Of a stretch of 64,000 nucleotides of DNA, positions 59,713 through 64,000 are shown piece after piece; position 1 is the first letter of the stretch; the number at the start of each line of letters is the position of its first letter. Under the pieces are notes generated by a model. The model saw only the letters and a list, made by a program, of their open reading frames with translations, was not told the DNA's origin and made no database searches. A program made the translations under genes and the position numbers. The DNA is from Octopus sinensis (lineage: Eukaryota). Where the stretch lies: the NCBI RefSeq assembly GCF_006345805.1, contig NC_043003.1:59830001-59894000 (forward strand), given 5' to 3'.

Positions 59713-60700
59713 TACATACGTATTGATCTTTGAAAACTGCAACTTTAATGCAACTTACAGCGATATAAGGATGAAACCAAATGCAATTGTTTTTATATTT
59801 ACAACAGAATTAAAGAAAAATTCGATATTTTAAAATGTCTGTAATCGAATTAAATGTTTACAATAGAATTTAAAGCATTTCAATTTCTCCTCCAAAGGTC
59901 ACAGCTATCAATTTTGCTCTAAGATTCTGCTTATGGAAACCTCAGAAATTCTGCGAAAGAAACAAAAGGAAGGAGAGATGCTGATATGAGCTGTGCCTTG
60001 TGTGTGTATGTGTGTATGTGTATGCGTCTCTGTTCTGCATTTACAGTTATATTTTTAAGTTTATATATATACACACATATATATATATATGTATGTATGT
60101 ATCTATGTATCTATGTGTGAGTAAGCTTGTATATGTGTATTTATATTGTTTATAAAGAAGCATTTACACATTTAATGAAATGAAAACATAATGTAAATTG
60201 CTAATCACTTACATAAAGAAAACTCCATCTACTTGAGAAATCTCCTTGTAGGCTGCTTACTGAATGGCTTGATAAAGTATGTTATGTTACCAAGTAGAAT
60301 CTTACATTTAATTTCTTACATTATCCAGTCTTGCTTACACAAATAATAAAACTTGTAGATTATAGAGAATCACAAAGAAAACAGTTATGAATGAGTATTT
60401 GAGTAAACTCAAATGTTTTCTCTAAGTGCTTATCTAGCCAAATGCGAATAGCTCATAAATATGTCTCTCATAGATATATAAAAGGAAATTGCCAATTGGC
60501 AGAGTGGTTTTGTGGTTGTTGGAAAAATATGTTTTAAAGCAATGTAGAGAGTCTCTTGACATCACTTCTAATATTTTATATTATATTGTCTACACAGAAA
60601 TCAAATCGTTTTGTGTTGGGAAGGCTAAACATGTTACAACAACAATAATATTGATAATGATATTAATAATAATAACGACGGCAGTTTTTTTCTATTATGA

Positions 60701-60971
60701 TCACAAGGCTTGAAATGGTATGTGGAGGAGCTAACTGATTGCATCGACCCCAATGCTCGACGGGTATATATTTCGTCTACCCTGAAAGGTTCAAATACAA
60801 AGTCGACCTCTGTAGAATTTGAAATAGGAACGTAAAGACGAGAACGGAATGATTGATGATGATGATGATGATATTGATGATGATAATGGTTTCAAATTTT
60901 TGAGGGGAGGGGATGTCTCGATTATATCAACCCCAGTGTTTCGCTGGTACTTAATTTGCTAACGAGAGTTG

Positions 60972-61070
<99 letters not shown>

Positions 61071-61350
61071 TTAAAAGTGGCAGTATGCTTAGCGGCATTT
61101 CGTCCGTCTAAACGTTCTGAGTTCAAATTCCGCGGAGACCGACTTTACCTTTCATCCTTTCGGGGGAGATAATATGAGTACATGTAGGGCAATGACGTCG
61201 ATGAAATCGAGTTATCTTCTTCCCGAAATTTTATCGATCCAGAACAGATGAAAAGCAAAATGGGCCTAAAGGAGATTTGCACTCAGAACGTAAAATACCG
61301 GAAGAATTTATGTCTGGCATTTCGTCCGTCTTGATAACCATTCTGCAATC
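60701..61350. mobile_element. Cluster of family-B SINE fragments in both orientations around a (TTA)n/(TAA)n tract
   Basis: Fragments at about 60701-60842 (-), 60888-60958 (-), 61074-61166 (+) and 61220-61350 (-). Confidence 0.75.
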
Positions 61351-61476
61351 TATAGTGAAGCATAGATTGCGGAGCGTTTTTATATGAGAAGAGCAACCAT
61401 TCTTTGGAATAAAATATAGGTGTCTGGTTTCAATACTGCATTTAGCCTACTTTCCGATAATGGTGTTCACATCAAC

Positions 61477-61656
61477 ATGATGTCAAAATCGTCTTTCATT
61501 CATTCGTCCATGTTTGCTTTGTTGTTGTTGTGGACACTGATACTCCTGCTGCCGCCGTTTTCATGCAAACTTGTTGAAAACATGTCAACATGTCAACTGA
61601 GAAAACAGCACAATGATCACAAATACTCGATCCCTGTTTATTCGTGGCTGCAGTAA
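61477..61656 (+). CDS. Candidate small ORF or first exon with a signal-peptide-like N-terminus
   Basis: MMSKSSFIHSSMFALLLLWTLILLLPPFSC-KLVENMSTCQLRKQHNDHKYSIPVYSWLQ*; a possible donor CA|GTAAAT overlaps the stop. Part of the hydrophobic core comes from a short (TTG)n run. Confidence 0.2.
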   Translation: MMSKSSFIHSSMFALLLLWTLILLLPPFSCKLVENMSTCQLRKQHNDHKYSIPVYSWLQ

Positions 61657-61854
61657 ATATGGACGCTCTTGTTGAAGGAAATCGAGTAAGGTGTCACTGA
61701 TTTTGCCGTTAGTCATATACGTCTTTAGTCTACAGATTAAGAATTTGTTTGATTGTGAGATCTATACTAATGTGTCAGTTAACAATCATTCGTATTCACA
61801 ATTTCAATGAATCCTAGTAGATTCTTAACAGCTAAGTAGACTGAGGCGATACAG

Positions 61855-61915
61855 AATGAACCCGGAACCATGTGGTTGGTAAGCAAGCTACTTACCACAC
61901 AGCCATTCCTACGCC
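61855..61915 (-). mobile_element. Family-A SINE head fragment
   Basis: gaacccggaaccatgtggttggtaagcaagctacttaccacacagccattcctacgcc. Confidence 0.85.
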
Positions 61916-62037
61916 TGTAATTCTGTAATTTTTATCTACATGCATAGCAACTGGCTCCTGTTCATACCATTTTTCTCTCAATTTGAATCCACATACTAAC
62001 ATCCAAATGCATTATTTTACCGACAGTCGTGAAACTG

Positions 62038-62127
62038 GGCGAGTTGGCAGAATCGTTAGCACTCCGGGAAAATGCTTAGTGGCATTTCGTCCGTCTTTAC
62101 ATTCTGAGTTCAAATTCCGCCGAGGTC
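62038..62127 (+). mobile_element. Family-B SINE head fragment
   Basis: ggcgagttggcagaatcgttagcactccggg...ctgagttcaaattccgccgaggtc. Confidence 0.85.
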
Positions 62128-62771
62128 AGAATATAACATCAATAGATTTAAAACTTTGATTTGAATTATTTTCTCCGAAAGTTATTTAGATTCTACTTAA
62201 AATTAATTACACCTTTACAAACATCTTCCCGACTTCACAAACTCAATCCATTGCAGGGTTCATTTTCCAGCTATTAGTGGAACTTATTTGCAGGTGAGAT
62301 GATTTCAGCAACGTGAAATGAATTATTTACTTCAAGAACACGACGTATCATCTGGTCCACAAACTCACACCATGATCTTACCATTGTTCGTACAATACCC
62401 TAAGCTAGGACTTACTCTTTCAGTTTGCCATAAGGAAATACTTAAAACATGTAAAATTTCGAACTAGTAGTACGCTTCATTACAGAAAGCCACATTTATT
62501 GCTTTCGTTTACACGTAGCTTACGTTTGCGTTTGGTTGGGTGGAGGTATCTTGTTAATAATCTTTTACTTAGCTTTTGTTAAATTCAACCGGTATAACAA
62601 TTGTACAAATAATATCGCCCTACTCCCACCTACATTCATTTATATTTTTTTTTAGAGAAACGCCCTACTGTCAGTTTTAAAGAACAATAATTCTGGTTTG
62701 TTGATTTCTCATGTCAACCCCGTGATTAAGTCGTCGAATCTCGAAGGAACGTTATCATCTCTGTTTGTTTT

Positions 62772-62854
<83 letters not shown>

Positions 62855-63476
62855 CTCTCTCTCTATATATATATATATGTGTATGTATATATATATATGC
62901 GTATTGTGTGTATGTCTGTATTGTTTGTACATGCATATACACGTATAAGTATCCCCTTATTTCATTTGTCTGTAACCCTCTCTCTGAATCTCTCTCCGCC
63001 CTCTCCCTCTCAAACACACACACCACACACACATAGAAGCACACAGATAAACACGCATTCACACAATCGACCCCATCATAGCATAATATCCCAGTAAAAT
63101 CCACTGAAGAGTTAAAGTTTCAAAGCAACAGCTAGTATTTAGCAATTTGAAAATGCACTCGTTGACACGACGCTAATTGCTAAGCCGCTCACTGATGTAG
63201 GCGGACCTCTCTCTCTCTCTCTCTGCCCCCATATATATATTTGATATGGCAAATCAACTGTATAATATCATACGTTGTGATAGACATCAATATATGTAGT
63301 AAGAATAAGCCGTGTGTGCAAATATGAAATGTGTCTGTGTATATATATATATAAATCTATATCTCTCATGCTTTGTTCCTCTTTATGTATATATGCATAC
63401 ATGCACACGCACACACGTACATATATATACATCTATGCTTGCACACACGTGAGCTTGTATGTGTGTGTGTGTGTGT

Positions 63477-63513
<37 letters not shown>

Positions 63514-64000
63514 TGTGTATGTGTGTGTGTGCGTGTGTGGTGTCCAAAATGAGGGATTTTTAATTAGAATAAAATGGCGTAAAAATGTACAAAGGACACG
63601 ATAAAATTTTAGGTATTTATATTTATCATTTTGTCTGTTTGTTAATTGGAACTTCGAAGTTTCGTTAAGTGTATGTAATATTGAAACATATGCACACACA
63701 CACACTCTCCCTCTCTCTCTCACACACACATACACATATATATATATACACGCACACACATGTATAGTCACACACAGAGATATGAATGGGAGATAGCGTC
63801 AAACATAGGTCATAAAATTTATCTGAATGCGAGTGGATTTTCTACTTATATTACACGCTTACAACGCCTTTGAAACAATAACGACAACGACAACAATATT
63901 CATAATTATTAAAAATGTTTGCCACAAGGGAATTTCTCCCAGTGTGTGTGTGCGCGCGCGTGTTTGTCCACTTCCACCGATTTTCAATGGATTTGGTTTC

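Overview
This is AT-rich eukaryotic genomic DNA, very probably from an octopus (Octopus sp.). That assignment rests on my recognising the tRNA-derived SINE families and the extreme microsatellite load, not on a database search. Most of the window is non-coding. It holds about 40 copies or fragments of several SINE families, a short piggyBac-like MITE dimer, a TA-inserting foldback element (one full copy and one collapsed copy), a 5'-truncated RLE-type (R4/Dong-like) LINE end, a ~730-bp tandem duplication and many di-, tri- and tetranucleotide repeats. Almost every ORF in the supplied track is a translation of a microsatellite or a SINE. The only reasonably credible coding segment is a short GC-rich plus-strand exon at 22133-22249 (39 aa, unidentified). 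It follows an A/CAA/CTA-rich UTR-like leader and lies in a transposon-poor zone. No rRNA, true tRNA gene, CRISPR array or identifiable protein family was found. I found no clearly new multi-gene system. The best leads are structural: a hairpin element with a loop-excised sibling, an inverted templated insertion inside a SINE, a recurrent 12-mer, an inverted SINE pair that could be an ADAR substrate, and weak candidates for a microexon, a miRNA-like hairpin and a secreted small peptide.
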